A stretch of 64,000 nucleotides of DNA from the NCBI GenBank assembly GCA_022709525.1, contig JAKLIQ010000002.1:197523-261522 (forward strand). Direction: 5' to 3'. Positions 15,001 to 20,036 of the stretch are shown here, one piece after another (position 1 is the first letter of the stretch; each line of letters opens with the position of its first letter). This DNA is from Candidatus Omnitrophota bacterium. GTDB lineage: Bacteria; Omnitrophota; Omnitrophia; Omnitrophales; Aquincolibacteriaceae. Under the pieces are notes generated by a model. That model ran no database searches, was not told the DNA's origin, and was given only the letters and a program-made list of their open reading frames with translations. A program made the position numbers and the translations under genes.

Positions 15001-15191
15001 AGTTCGGCGGGCAACGCCGAAAGATGGGTCTGAAACTCATTTTGTGTCCCGCGCTTGCTTAGGAATTGAAAAGCATCCTCATAGGCAAAGGCGCCGGACG
15101 GATCGATCGTGATCGTGGTTACCGTGAATGCGACGGCCACGAATAAAGAAATTCCCCTAAGCAGGCAGGATCTGGTGTTAGAAACTGTCAT
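1..15191 (-). CDS. Giant multidomain protein (>5063 aa, C-terminus beyond window start): signal peptide, PEP-utilising His and TIM-barrel domains, HPr-like domain, GlnD-like ACT domain, SLT-like segment, TM helices, PAS-HisKA-HATPase_c sensor kinase module
   Basis: ATG at 15189-15191 (minus) is preceded by an in-frame TAA three codons upstream. Hand translation in that frame (codon top coordinate = 2 mod 3) runs stop-free to position 3. The ORF track lists no minus-strand ORF in this frame between 1 and 15200 and would omit an ORF that lacks an in-window stop; every minus ORF it lists here is in another frame. Recognised motifs: MTVSNTRSCLLRGISLFVAVAFTV...AFA signal peptide; AIVTTQANLSTHWVVALQQYPNPPPVLVI (phospho-His swivel domain); KLMFPQIDG / SYGAMVETP / FISVGTNDLEMK / LSFCGEVASHD (PEP-utilising TIM barrel); GTSLHARPATILVKLAERYSG...MNSIMQLLM (HPr); RHSDVLIVETSDREGLLAAISTILYEKG (ACT); GICQINLKTA (SLT-like); GMAHNFQNRL plus DTGKGIEE...GLGLWIAGTIATRHGG (HisKA/HATPase_c). 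Confidence 0.85.
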   Translation of the reverse strand, partial: MTVSNTRSCLLRGISLFVAVAFTVTTITIDPSGAFAYEDAFQFLSKRGTQNEFQTHLSALPAELGLVTRSWEPGRAVAGKPFVIQIQDAHSNPEAEQNIAGILRYLEEKFPDLTIGLEGAKGRLHPEYFEFFSEFPEANRAVVDDLRQKGELNGVELYLWDKFQNRPETSDQRLVSEVSSLKSQVRVEGVEDAELYRENLKTFRDLLFRRDEIGTLLNPLRAQLEKESSKALNPDLRDFLKERERRKEGKFNMSQASGDPDLVAYIRYLKSQTLKVLQIDLTDTIEQLRFPNLIRVLLTEEAQKGFDQEAAKREWADVLDALRVSAKEKSELKFVKALETYGREQGLLPEAEGEQFSYPVERALYPRKLLEGLMLFIQKHPVDLKAYSHFMKSWKVLVLRSEVEITGLLDEMASLEENILERSAKTDTEKQFIERLNDLSLLTKLLHLELARPEYEQALDRRGDLEVLAKNIPNIKPFIAQAYQFYATSTKRDRAMLENALAFSTGTHTSHLGTRETRNQNESRVPSPKSRVIVLVTGGFHTEGLEKLLQEEGIGYAVVSPRIRGVDGGERYQKVMTGANADLGPYFKTKNPFSTKQEAILFRQLLETAAPALFEKYQNSPDQVAAHVKQAVAAHPVLSKVLSAEPLRADQDKTLRFQTRTSPLNITSQNAAVMPEALTGDSSFATFVAYGQGIEPVVTDITFGKADALTIHAVLSSSEPQTANLSDIIHVEYGQLPAARSETREEAGKNEAVTKTSEESFDRVALEKNLQKLVEMEKVQPVPKNGQASKFDELVANLLDTVGEYDPKKLSFLELKVIANNLLAEAEKDGRFDMKRIRRLLTPILGDSSDTVQDLLEQNTKQVIVEKGVLDLSTEQKKPGDPRSEMRIVGESTAEASVFAPLAVFANALPEEILYQAPKESFIGEAQKLNSIIEKTSENISRDLQKLLQKEADELKREIKIDLLLNRKTRTINLIGGLLRRLRTKGIQDPKRKPSLDHIMNQIKMYALQQLGFSGSAEEELEFAENALNDFVNDYEKRIQDLERKMEETERAAEAFAHLSLIDLKEAVKPGSFSKRAGIFNEIRKALENNAVTDPKLRDALEGTRRIYLDYAAKDSMKMMAQQTVLKPAQAYFKSEESKKETLERMKKEKKNFAAIFYEDVLSKKSAGLYDQQELYRSKGLPGMVQDWEEYISIAHRLIAELVSRHGKAKTFQIAMPEKSSGGVVLYISETMGVDKVEDIMTQFGSQIKAIVTTQANLSTHWVVALQQYPNPPPVLVISPDDENEKLFQKLSAGDEVIVSATLGEEGIQGYFLLHPGKKEIQGAIEKERGDQLMRIAEKGSAHIKDSNLNFFANTFVGETQSVIESKAEGIGLTRSEVDKAITKMVEDIATTLALEIKSTQALQRAVQSLLEYLERAYHFESSDTSTVIKLLMDAIRELAKISSVPRNRRAAVKKIILSVQKKLEKYYNLKKVETSQNDDWLVDFVLNFFDSKDHPELFNSNIATFGSYLEKLYSIEPVNHLEVDPSLVELHNTIGRSTAILSRVPDRLKKSLDLFRLHLEQSYFAQLDNPSLVDKDQVFRTLDLWPDKNTDLFDVLFKVFGYAAEDWNAFTEEYSGFNFYRTPLGKEILTQQVAALIIVQEQLLKSRQGQTPRLKLMFPQIDGLADIEFISNEILEQAEVVASQVLKERGTQEPKEMVSQIVETISYGAMVETPQAVQELEKILNFQRHGKPFVKFISVGTNDLEMKLLEKFLLEQTGVSVHANRDYAWAQPWIERLDPNNVELYLKIASTIADLNLRTGRNVGLSFCGEVASHDKFILFSKFLKKRFGNHLTLTLSMSPNKIAHAKLVSRHIDSSFDFSFLEHLVGDADQRASKKASDAFRKVSSILVVLEEWQSRYQKAGFDNAFYRLNIDPVKGEGSFEEFNFLKRLIVKLLWQDESEELRALRERLALDPKDEMTRDELERIIRHYRIKDFIGQKDQELLESREEDLLLLRRFDFLKSIRDVFREYQKDKKLKQNILHPSFVNDFLKFYRRHYELLGQTVEWLPTDDEKTFQAFFKEYREATTSVFDDIVLMSRRLLLNQFPPKYTPYDLGERVQRAGFASDQIELVTTEGFTFRRNVGWGYGRDHELHIKNAVELFTGRPELIFDVFALTVLYGVRISEKTQQAILQTKQQLDLLMERIRSGDPEVKDESTHLKNVFQEIFQSKNPASYALWRMHGLDVMDIFIPTYKTMRAFFEAGQRYSVDLQTMRALEILDTLEGKGNFFFLIPKQVMHEVAEHESMILTLRYAIFMDGIVRARIGSGASERSIRELVKETLYPVGIDSKTLDDIVWLLMSQREISKRDLLSQEQIDSLWGRFSANPGLTKERWTLLYLMTFSIRASLAEPEKMPLLIRLGQQSPLLYITQLFTQGYVMQRSMQTPNALDSLDLFRTLHEKRLDEVAWKWLEHRNSGELFEKYLEQTSQGNIPDLKTQIAKMLGIQEKKQDEKIFTSIFEKCIRLISYSYIRALDIQEIVTTLVFYIHLQLLKENKVADTVLTLFRKLPDNAREGYEILMGYPEYKPELVPIFSRVLYENGFILEEAVPHFGDEGAVIRFMGYFRHERGDELAVETKVKKIQEDLQKIYHSQGSGRTDFFASLFGVRHRPFDNTKRLYGNKLKLHKDYENWQGVETVVRFLSPSELFEDIPFKQEKIGRHSDVLIVETSDREGLLAAISTILYEKGDGVGIKDFIFDDVKATSPRGIFLVDKDGNALDKELKEKLSAYLEKKLAEHSDKPEAAPSRLARVLTSPGETGLIVVEETQSGAESVLSAPDATAEESEDVVIGEKTEEAPSVEAAEEEKIILETFYEIRGTSLHARPATILVKLAERYSGLSPRLKTKDQDVSMNSIMQLLMTESVRGSGVSIYVSIPKDSETGEKEAKEFFRTLNLEKNDSGYLFGDEELGSGDDKGFLKFIKEVRRSELRDGEKLSLEQVIVAGKVDGIAQVDSRKTLLFTAGSAQSPKTFQSDFNNVFDVSKNQIEALRERWILLVKSDQTSIVFESHVLLLSAIKEAVVPNLEKNMDLKQALLETGKKFSEMFQKTAIADLQDKAIDVVDITFRLLRNLSGEKTESHAYQDKIVVTKTLYPSDFPERYLGAKAIVVVSPDGKIENHNRALAKNLGVPLVTISEESFGRIIGGAELSLDTDAKELAVIRSESRASQGGLRAGIARLVRSIKIIFWTELALLPPTLWAYPYLLESFKQRLADMSPKEDPPAEVSQVGNNFRSAPEYFEVASPASPKAQTPAVAKGSKDIEHSLRQVLSSMDNDQNYRIFKNLFGYDPSISIEKKIEFLSNITPEDLLQQFSKKSGVPKGTFIQAARENDIPLEMLLTVILRETSNFDAQAISPNKGRDSYPDIGICQINLKTAFSKNFLDEALRRNLFRTSKKGFNLYSKKDRDEMTRLLLDPEINIRYEALIFSGHSAEVTRKIQELVEDFGAEGFLGLGAQFARSPEWVKFLFAANNIGPTGVVKKVQARLASGGKTNAFNQFFPEARYVPPAANYYRLMRILNRNNPAQFAYHSQMRGEMRAGAEKSNILRSETRLSETHQNDPEQLLAKVYTDQSRRWGTTDFTPILPSRYFPEDINHSGFPDNYQEREKFYQIVSSMLERVEDKTAPKDKTANKDRTVLVDFLVDPEGYVDIVVAAANEHEIVFGEAVQKAIGEAIESMQPSDQAPLVVSHPYLHSNYRNSKGAKVYASLFTLEFKTLKALSEKEQQRIRRAIWDAVQQKRQQEEYKRKNHGREELMPVKDDPEARAREDLNRRLLVEENRKESIRNLVAKSLAGLPSEHMAASTVGEDRLWRLTDDLSELVKKSAQEKGDPQSKIYNVSDIVPGISSVADHTELLIAVKSAPDTEQIVDAWLKEQGIEILRQYSRMIRYAHSGDRRPKIPNIQYVYLEIRSNGKALEKEAGNDLVEKARQVLRAEVRTLDEIKEGFLEEAQKEETFYDDGLAGVLRILQGPSESILTQETFDQLLALLPQTDSWAIRTRIVEMLHFIAERNPEELGDVEEKIAKALNEVFAREKAKQAEQSDMMKGFLFSAMGVSSAVSEGLQRIQKERFEKHPRSEMRNVVEEVAQKILGLEPNFKGYPSDRSPELGNADQSIMKNRSLIHEIADYIMHPNDKTSRIYKLMEKSGVQDDRGMQYEILAKAQDLLHQEVETFDFKRILTAISTMQDVYRKENVVKGKAQVLGVLVELEIDLGQAGAKNPMVVKEKNPQNSQKALELSFMGTEKLVIERALSEKLNRSEAREEPSEKDHTQVATNVIAAMIRDSFLTNESSLLHLARIPDLKADIFYGKFEDQIEKVIAEYLNGDSMMFSQEAEEFLKMAKERSAAYERQAREFFRKIGFFSATDTTDIIKLKPAGTLAELQNQRKILAIKKGFGGAWLGLAVFITSVVTASVHDVTLSLLLGLPPFVFWLIYQAIQARAEKKAYQKIEDENYRLKDEVERSIRIREQTATSIIIMDSHGNIEYVNPAFTMLTGYEFGQVKGNHVSILKPNSNDRNFYRNLWATVARSGEWKGELYHKKKDGNIYLASVTIAEIRDEETRLVGYVMEEQDITARKELEERLKKELQELEKTQRDLAEARKSAAVARLAEGMAHNFQNRLAQMQGQLDEVKKASTKQQRLDEKEIAALTITIDHIADEIRKTSGIVDDILRFSQPLSDSAEILDIHSVIQTVIEQRKLHERQGIRIVENYSAEPLWVRSDRTSLERAFSEILLNAEQATEKGGTISISTRKIDARRFSVTIQDTGKGIEEKDKTEVFHAFWTTEPAKRRGLGLWIAGTIATRHGGKIHLTSKPGEGTSVETVLPIPPPVMASDIVARQALKLQTEIFAQALHKFRNAVTGGMGYALMIEGFEDLGNEFNERFFSEPGSSKGIRSLGIIKKIDKLHRDLVKNVEKGDLPALKELVRQIEAELVAASKYMKDFIPRFKERAGLYEVKSDDIRLMEGAFDSAFKLIVLLENYGLVMDLHGPSSSGLGMTEVWISKEVEEIVELFKITNWYVHHSGEKKDFAIETD
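620..1700 (-). other. PAS + HisKA + HATPase_c sensor histidine kinase module near the C-terminal end of the giant protein, preceded by 2 TM helices (~1800-1960)
   Basis: PAS: IIIMDSHGNIEYVNPAFTMLTGYEF...GEWKGELYHKKKDGNIYLASVTIAEIRDEE. H-box GMAHNFQN. N, G1 and G2 boxes LLNAEQATEKGG, DTGKGIE, GLGLWIA. A second H-box-like segment LHKFRNAVTGGMGYALMI lies further towards the window edge. Confidence 0.7.
6400..6650 (-). other. HPr-like phosphocarrier domain embedded in giant protein
   Basis: GTSLHARPATILVKLAERYSGLSPRLKTKDQDVSMNSIMQLLMTESVRGSGVSIYVSIPKDSE has the GxHARPAxxLV active-site His and the KSIMG-like Ser region of HPr. Confidence 0.55.
9740..10500 (-). other. PEP-utilising enzyme TIM-barrel domain embedded in giant protein
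   Basis: FISVGTNDLEMKLL (antisense of 9960-9990) and LSFCGEVASHDKFILF (antisense of 9745-9790) match the S(I)GTNDL and CGE(L)AgD signatures. The upstream KLMFPQIDG and SYGAMVETP segments match the remaining conserved blocks. Confidence 0.6.
11190..11460 (-). other. PEP-utilising enzyme mobile (phosphohistidine) domain embedded in giant protein
   Basis: AIVTTQANLSTHWVVALQQYPNPPPVLVISPDD...GDEVIVSATLGEEGIQGYF aligns to the GxxTxxGGxTSHAAIxAR...PxVVG consensus of enzyme I / PPDK / PEP synthase. Confidence 0.55.
13604..13676. repeat. Palindromic repeat element (family A copy 1), in frame inside giant CDS; 7-nt unit GGGACTC x3 plus inverted arm CGAGTCCCGAGG
   Basis: gggactcgggactcgggactcgttttggtttcttgtttcacgagtcccgagg. 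Homologous to 29493-29570 and 46716-46790. Confidence 0.7.
14634..14712. repeat. Palindromic repeat element (family A copy 2), in frame inside giant CDS; 7-nt unit ACTTGAG x3(+1 degenerate), CACTAGTCTC x2, GTCTCCGGT core
   Basis: ggacttgagacttgagacttgagacttcagacactagtctctggtcactagtctccggtctgttctgaaacttgtc. Shares the GTCTCCGGT...TTGTTTCAC-like core with 46741-46790. Confidence 0.65.
15084..15191 (-). other. Predicted signal peptide of the giant protein (basic N-region, hydrophobic core, AFA-YE cleavage-like site)
   Basis: Translation MTVSNTRSCLLRGISLFVAVAFTVTTITIDPSGAFA. Confidence 0.5.
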
Positions 15192-15420
15192 GTTTTTTTA
15201 TCTTTTTGGTTCCATTGGTATTGGGAAATAACCTTGAAAATGAACGGTCCTTTAAGAACTTATTTTCAAGATTTATAATCTTTTGAAAGTATAGCCGCTG
15301 ATTTCGAGGTTTGTCAAATGAGGATGGATTTCTTAAGGATTGAAAATAAAGGAGTTACAGCATTTTTTTTGATATCTTTTTAGAACCGTTTGGAACGAAA
15401 CTGAAATTGAGGCCACCGGA

Positions 15421-15429
15421 GGGGGGGGG
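15421..15429. repeat. Homopolymeric G9 tract ~230 nt upstream of the giant gene start, next to a 9-bp inverted repeat (GACTTCCTG...CAGGAAGTC, 15436-15477)
   Basis: ccaccggaggggggggggaggacgacttcctg...caggaagtctttt seen directly. Confidence 0.6.
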
Positions 15430-15493
15430 AGGACGACTTCCTGAGGATAACGCGCTGCCGTGCCGAAGCGCCGCAGGAAGTCTTTTATGCCTA

Positions 15494-17008
15494 TTATTCT
15501 GCCGGTAAGTGTTTTTTTCCTAAACCGGCCGGTTCCAAATTAAAAACGATGGTCTTATATTGTGTCATTTCCTGAATGCTGTATCCCACACCTTCCCGGC
15601 CAATCCCGGAATTGCGCACCCCACCGAAGGGGAAATATCCCACCCCATGGCGAGGTAGGTCATTGATCGTAACGCCTCCTACCTCGAGGCCTTTGGCAAG
15701 TTTCCACATCCGGTAATAATGATTCGTAAAGATGCACGAGTCCAGCCCATAGCGCGGACGGGCGGCGATCCTGAGCGCCTCCTCTTCATCTTTAACACGG
15801 ACCACGGAAACGACCGGCCCGAAAGTTTCTTCTTCGACGATCCTCGCATCGGCAGGAATTTTATCCAAAAGTGTCGGCTCCATATAGGCGCCCCGGCGAT
15901 TCCCGCCCCAGAGGATTTTTGCGCCTTTCCGGACTGCGTCCTCGATCAATTCCTTTACGCGGATTGCCGCGTTCTCGTTAATAAGCGGCCCCACTTTGGT
16001 ATCCGGTTCTTGCGGGTCCCCTCCCCGCCAATGTGCGATCTCCGTTTTAATCCGGCGTACAAGTTCCTCCGCCACCTTCTCCATCACGAGAACCGAACTA
16101 ATCGCGTCGCATCGTTGTCCGGAATTTTTTAAAGATCCCTCGACGCATTTTTTCGCGGCAAGCTCCAGATCGCCATCTTCCGCGACGATGGCCACGCCTT
16201 TCCCCCCGAGTTCCAGATGAAGTTTTTTGATCCCCGCGATTTTGGCGATATGTTGGCCCACCTCCGTCGAACCCGTAAAACTAACCACACGCACTCTGGA
16301 ATCGGAAACAAGCGCGTCCCCGACTTGTGTTGAACCGATGACGACATTGAGAGTACCTGAAGGAAACCCTGCCTTTTCGAGAAGCCGGGCGAAACAAAGA
16401 AGTGTGAGAGGCGCCGCGCTGGCCGGCTTAGCGACTACGGAATTGCCGGCCAAAAGCGCCGGAACGATCTTTGCGGCCGGAATATACAAAGGATAATTAA
16501 AAGAAGTAATGGCGGCCACAACCCCGACGGGCTCCTGTACCACAATGCCGATCTTTCCCATCGTATCATGCGACCAATCTCCCGGAATATATTCTCCGGC
16601 GATATTTTTCGCCTCTTGCATGGTCATCCGAAGACGCTCTTTCGTCGCTTCAACTTCTCCCGCTGCCTCACGTTTTGGCTTACCGGCTTCCCAGAGCAAA
16701 AGATATTCAAAGAAATCTTGATGCTCTTCCAAGAGGGATTGGGCGCGTTCAAAGAGAGCGATCCGTTCGATCGCCGCGATCTCCCGGATAAGGTACCGCG
16801 CCTCGTCTGCGGCAGCGATTGCGAGGGACACTTCTTTTTCGGATGTTTTTGCCGCTCTGGCCAAAAGATGCCCGTCCACAGGGCTGGTGACCAGAAGTTC
16901 GCCGCCGGAAGCTGAAGACAGCCATCGACCGCCGATAAAATTCTTTGCGCGCCATACGCCGTCCGACTCTTTCTGAATCACCTCTTGAAATAGTTCCGGG
17001 ATATTCAT
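15494..17008 (-). CDS. Aldehyde dehydrogenase family protein (NAD(P)+; GapN-like possible)
   Basis: ALDH motifs FTGSTEVG, ELGGK and catalytic GQRCDAISS. Start chosen at MNIPELF (ATG 17006-17008) with GGAG 11 nt upstream, directly after the msrAB stop. The longer track ORF (to 17257) would overlap msrAB. Confidence 0.8.
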   Translation of the reverse strand: MNIPELFQEVIQKESDGVWRAKNFIGGRWLSSASGGELLVTSPVDGHLLARAAKTSEKEVSLAIAAADEARYLIREIAAIERIALFERAQSLLEEHQDFFEYLLLWEAGKPKREAAGEVEATKERLRMTMQEAKNIAGEYIPGDWSHDTMGKIGIVVQEPVGVVAAITSFNYPLYIPAAKIVPALLAGNSVVAKPASAAPLTLLCFARLLEKAGFPSGTLNVVIGSTQVGDALVSDSRVRVVSFTGSTEVGQHIAKIAGIKKLHLELGGKGVAIVAEDGDLELAAKKCVEGSLKNSGQRCDAISSVLVMEKVAEELVRRIKTEIAHWRGGDPQEPDTKVGPLINENAAIRVKELIEDAVRKGAKILWGGNRRGAYMEPTLLDKIPADARIVEEETFGPVVSVVRVKDEEEALRIAARPRYGLDSCIFTNHYYRMWKLAKGLEVGGVTINDLPRHGVGYFPFGGVRNSGIGREGVGYSIQEMTQYKTIVFNLEPAGLGKKHLPAE

Positions 17009-17009
17009 T

Positions 17010-18071
17010 TTATTTTTGCTCCATGTTCGCCGCTGAGGCGGCATCGGTGCCTTTTTCATAAAAAAGTTTTCGATATTCGCCATAGCCCTCTTTTTCCAGA
17101 TCCTGTTTGGGAATAAAACGAAGCGCGGCGGAGTTAATGCAAAAACGAAGTCCCGTCGGCTGAGGACCATCGGAAAACACATGCCCCAAATGAGAGTCCG
17201 CGTGCTTGCTTCGAACTTCCACCCGGGGGGATGAAAGGCTCTGGTCCTCTTTTTCAACTATATTCGCCGGTTCGAGAGGCTTGGTAAAACTTGGCCATCC
17301 GGTCCCTGAATCAAACTTATCGGAAGAGCTGAACAGGGGTTCGCCCGAAACGATATCGACGTAGATACCTTCACGGTGATTATTCCAGTACGGATTATCG
17401 AACGGCTTTTCCGTAGCCCCTTTTTGGGTCACGTCGCATTGCAGGGGGGTCAGCCTTTTTTTCAACTCTTGCTCGGATATTTTTTTATAGAAATGTCCCT
17501 TCGCGGGAGCATCTATCTCATTTGCTGTATCGCCCCATATTTTTGCAAGGTAAGCATCGCGCCCGGAACCTTTCCGGTAGGATGCGTACTGCGCAGGGTT
17601 GAGTCCGCAGAAATTCTGGTGATATTTTTCAGCCTGGTAAAATTTTGAGGCCTTCATGATACCCGTAACGATAGGTTGGGGATAGACGCCGGACGCATCC
17701 ATTCTGGCCTTGGATTGCTCGGCGAGATGTTTTTGCTCTTCATTGTGATAAAAAATAACGGTCCGGTATTGCGGCCCCCGATCCGCAAATTGCCCGCCGG
17801 CATCCGTCGGATCGATCTGTTTCCAGAAAACGTCTAGAAGTTCCGGATAAGTGATCCTGGCCGGATCATAGGTGGTCTCGACAACTTCAATATAGCCTTT
17901 TTGGGCATAGTCTTCATAAGTCGGCTTCTCCCCGGTTCCGCCCATATAGCCGGAAGTGACTTCCAAAACACCGGGAAGTTTTCGAAAAGCGCATTCGACG
18001 CACCAAAAACAGCCGCCGGCCCATGTGGCTTTTTCACGTTGTTTCGATGCGCAAAAAGCGAAATTTGTCAT
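17010..18071 (-). CDS. msrAB: Bifunctional peptide-methionine sulfoxide reductase MsrA/MsrB
   Basis: N-terminal GCFWC (MsrA active site). C-terminal [17 protein letters not shown] with CxxC pairs (MsrB). A possible N-terminal extension to ~18128 is discussed in findings. Confidence 0.85.
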   Translation of the reverse strand: MTNFAFCASKQREKATWAGGCFWCVECAFRKLPGVLEVTSGYMGGTGEKPTYEDYAQKGYIEVVETTYDPARITYPELLDVFWKQIDPTDAGGQFADRGPQYRTVIFYHNEEQKHLAEQSKARMDASGVYPQPIVTGIMKASKFYQAEKYHQNFCGLNPAQYASYRKGSGRDAYLAKIWGDTANEIDAPAKGHFYKKISEQELKKRLTPLQCDVTQKGATEKPFDNPYWNNHREGIYVDIVSGEPLFSSSDKFDSGTGWPSFTKPLEPANIVEKEDQSLSSPRVEVRSKHADSHLGHVFSDGPQPTGLRFCINSAALRFIPKQDLEKEGYGEYRKLFYEKGTDAASAANMEQK

Positions 18072-18175
18072 AAGAAAAATAAGCGCGATCGCTCCGAAGG
18101 TTAAAAATATTCTTCTAATGAGACGTTCCCTTTCTCACGACCGTTTTTGCCCGAAGCATTTTTCTCGACGATGGT

Positions 18176-18619
18176 TTATCGGCCAAGGAGTAAACACAGT
18201 TCGGTCACATGTTCCTGTTCATCGATGATCACATGGCGAATTTGATGCTCCAAAGTTTCAAATTCGTACGGAAGGGCCTCTTTATTCGCCACGACCTTCC
18301 GGTAAATCTGTTTATAAAAATCGATCGCGTCCTTTTCGCCTTTGAGGTTTACCTCAAGAATCTTAGAGGTTTTCTGGGCGCTGTGGGTTTCCGCGAGGCC
18401 CATGGAAGGCGCTCCGCCAAGATAATTACCGATAAGCTCGCGGAAAATCCCCTCGTGTTTCTGCTCATCCGAGGCGATCTCTTTCAGCCGTTCGATGACG
18501 GGCTCCGCGTCGAGCCCTTGGATCATCTCCGCATGGGCAAGATACTGGATTCTTGCAGCGTGCTCCAGTTCCAAGGCCTGGTTGAGCATCATGATTAATT
18601 CTTTTTTTATTTTGTCCAT
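18176..18619 (-). CDS. Ferritin-like diiron-carboxylate protein (rubrerythrin/ferritin superfamily)
   Basis: Repeated ExxH motifs (ELEHAA, DEQKHEG, DEQEHV) in a ~147-aa four-helix-bundle-like sequence. Confidence 0.55.
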   Translation of the reverse strand: MDKIKKELIMMLNQALELEHAARIQYLAHAEMIQGLDAEPVIERLKEIASDEQKHEGIFRELIGNYLGGAPSMGLAETHSAQKTSKILEVNLKGEKDAIDFYKQIYRKVVANKEALPYEFETLEHQIRHVIIDEQEHVTELCLLLGR

Positions 18620-18668
18620 TCCAATTCTCCTTTTTTAATATTGAGTCGCAAATTCCCTAAAAATATTT

Positions 18669-19160
18669 TTACAAGTAATAATTTTCATCCAGATGTGAAA
18701 ATTCCGCATTCTCCGCCCAGACATCGGGTTTGGTCACAAGCTCGATGATATTTTCCATAATGCGTCGATGCCCTTTCTCTTCGGCGGCGATCCTGAGAAA
18801 TATTTTTTTTAACGAAGGAGCCGCCGTTGCCGCATAAGCTTCATAGACTGAAACACTTTTCTTTTCAACCTCAAGGGCCTTCCGGTATAAAACCACTTGG
18901 GCCGTCGTGGGTTCGATGCAGGGGGTTTTTTCCAACCACTCCTCAAAAATATCCCTCACATCGCGCAAGATCGTGTTTTTCGTGAGTTCAACGGATTTTC
19001 CAGTTTTCATTTCCCTGAAGATCCCATAATGTTCCCGCTCCCTGTCTGCCAGCCAGGTAAAAATGTTCCTCATGCCCTTATTGGGCGCCTCTAATGCGAA
19101 TTGCCGGTAAAGAGCCTCCCCTTTTGTTTCTATTTCCATTGCTTGGTCAAATATATTCAT
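18669..19160 (-). CDS. Rubrerythrin-like ferritin-domain protein (no rubredoxin domain)
   Basis: DREREHYGIF and AEEKGHRRIMENI diiron ligand motifs. Start is 3 nt downstream of the korB stop. Confidence 0.65.
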   Translation of the reverse strand: MNIFDQAMEIETKGEALYRQFALEAPNKGMRNIFTWLADREREHYGIFREMKTGKSVELTKNTILRDVRDIFEEWLEKTPCIEPTTAQVVLYRKALEVEKKSVSVYEAYAATAAPSLKKIFLRIAAEEKGHRRIMENIIELVTKPDVWAENAEFSHLDENYYL

Positions 19161-19163
19161 GGT

Positions 19164-20024
19164 TCACTCCTTGAGTTTTTTGATGATCGCTTCGATCGGC
19201 TCGGGTTGGAAGGCCCTTTGACAGACGGGCGTTCGGTCTTGCTTGTAAGCTGCGAGTTGTTCTTCGAAAACGGCTTTTTCATTCACAAAAAAGATTCCCA
19301 GAGGCATTTTTTTATTCTCAATCGCCTTCTGGAATGCCCGGGTTCTGTCCCTCGGGTCATGGGAATCATCCAAAAGGTAGGTGTTTTCCCGGAACCATTG
19401 GTACGTATTGATCTTGTTGAATGTCACGCAGGGTTGAAAAATATCCACCAATGCATACCCTTTGTGAAGAATGGCTTTTTTGATGATCTCTTTGGCATGT
19501 TCCCGGAATCCGATAAAAACCCGCGCCACAAAAGAAGCGTCGAGCGCGATCGCGACGGCCAGAGGATTGAATGGTTCAAGAATGACGCCGTCCACCTGGA
19601 CCGGCGTTTTAAATCCTTTTTCGCTCGTGGGAGAGGCTTGTCCTTTGGTCAGACCGTAAACCATATTATTATGAACAAGATTCGTGATATTAGGATTACG
19701 CCGGATCGTGTGAAGAAAGTGGTTCCCTCCCTCGCCATACATATCTCCGTCCCCGCTTGTCACGATCACGGTAAGTTCGGGATTAGTCATTTTGATCGCC
19801 ACTGCCGGCGAAAGTGCCCGGCCATGGAGACCGTTGTAATAATGGCATTTCAGGTACTGAGGGAGTTTCGCCGCCTGCCCGATGCCTGAAACAAACACCA
19901 GCTTTTGCGGGTCAAGCGCCAATTCGGACACAACCTCTTTTACAAGGTTTAGGATGCCATAATTCCCGCAACCCGGGCACCAGGCGATATCGCATTTTTC
20001 CAGATCAAAAACCGTTTTGCCCAT
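19164..20024 (-). CDS. korB: 2-oxoacid:ferredoxin oxidoreductase beta subunit (TPP-binding)
   Basis: [11 protein letters not shown] and GDGD TPP-binding motifs; 286 aa. Confidence 0.85.
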   Translation of the reverse strand: MGKTVFDLEKCDIAWCPGCGNYGILNLVKEVVSELALDPQKLVFVSGIGQAAKLPQYLKCHYYNGLHGRALSPAVAIKMTNPELTVIVTSGDGDMYGEGGNHFLHTIRRNPNITNLVHNNMVYGLTKGQASPTSEKGFKTPVQVDGVILEPFNPLAVAIALDASFVARVFIGFREHAKEIIKKAILHKGYALVDIFQPCVTFNKINTYQWFRENTYLLDDSHDPRDRTRAFQKAIENKKMPLGIFFVNEKAVFEEQLAAYKQDRTPVCQRAFQPEPIEAIIKKLKE

Positions 20025-20036
20025 TTTCTATCCTGA

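Noticed and set aside
15494-17257. Extended 587-aa version of the aldehyde dehydrogenase ORF
   Set aside because: The extension overlaps msrAB by ~250 nt and adds a non-homologous N-terminus. The internal ATG at 17008 has a GGAG RBS and gives a canonical ~505-aa ALDH.
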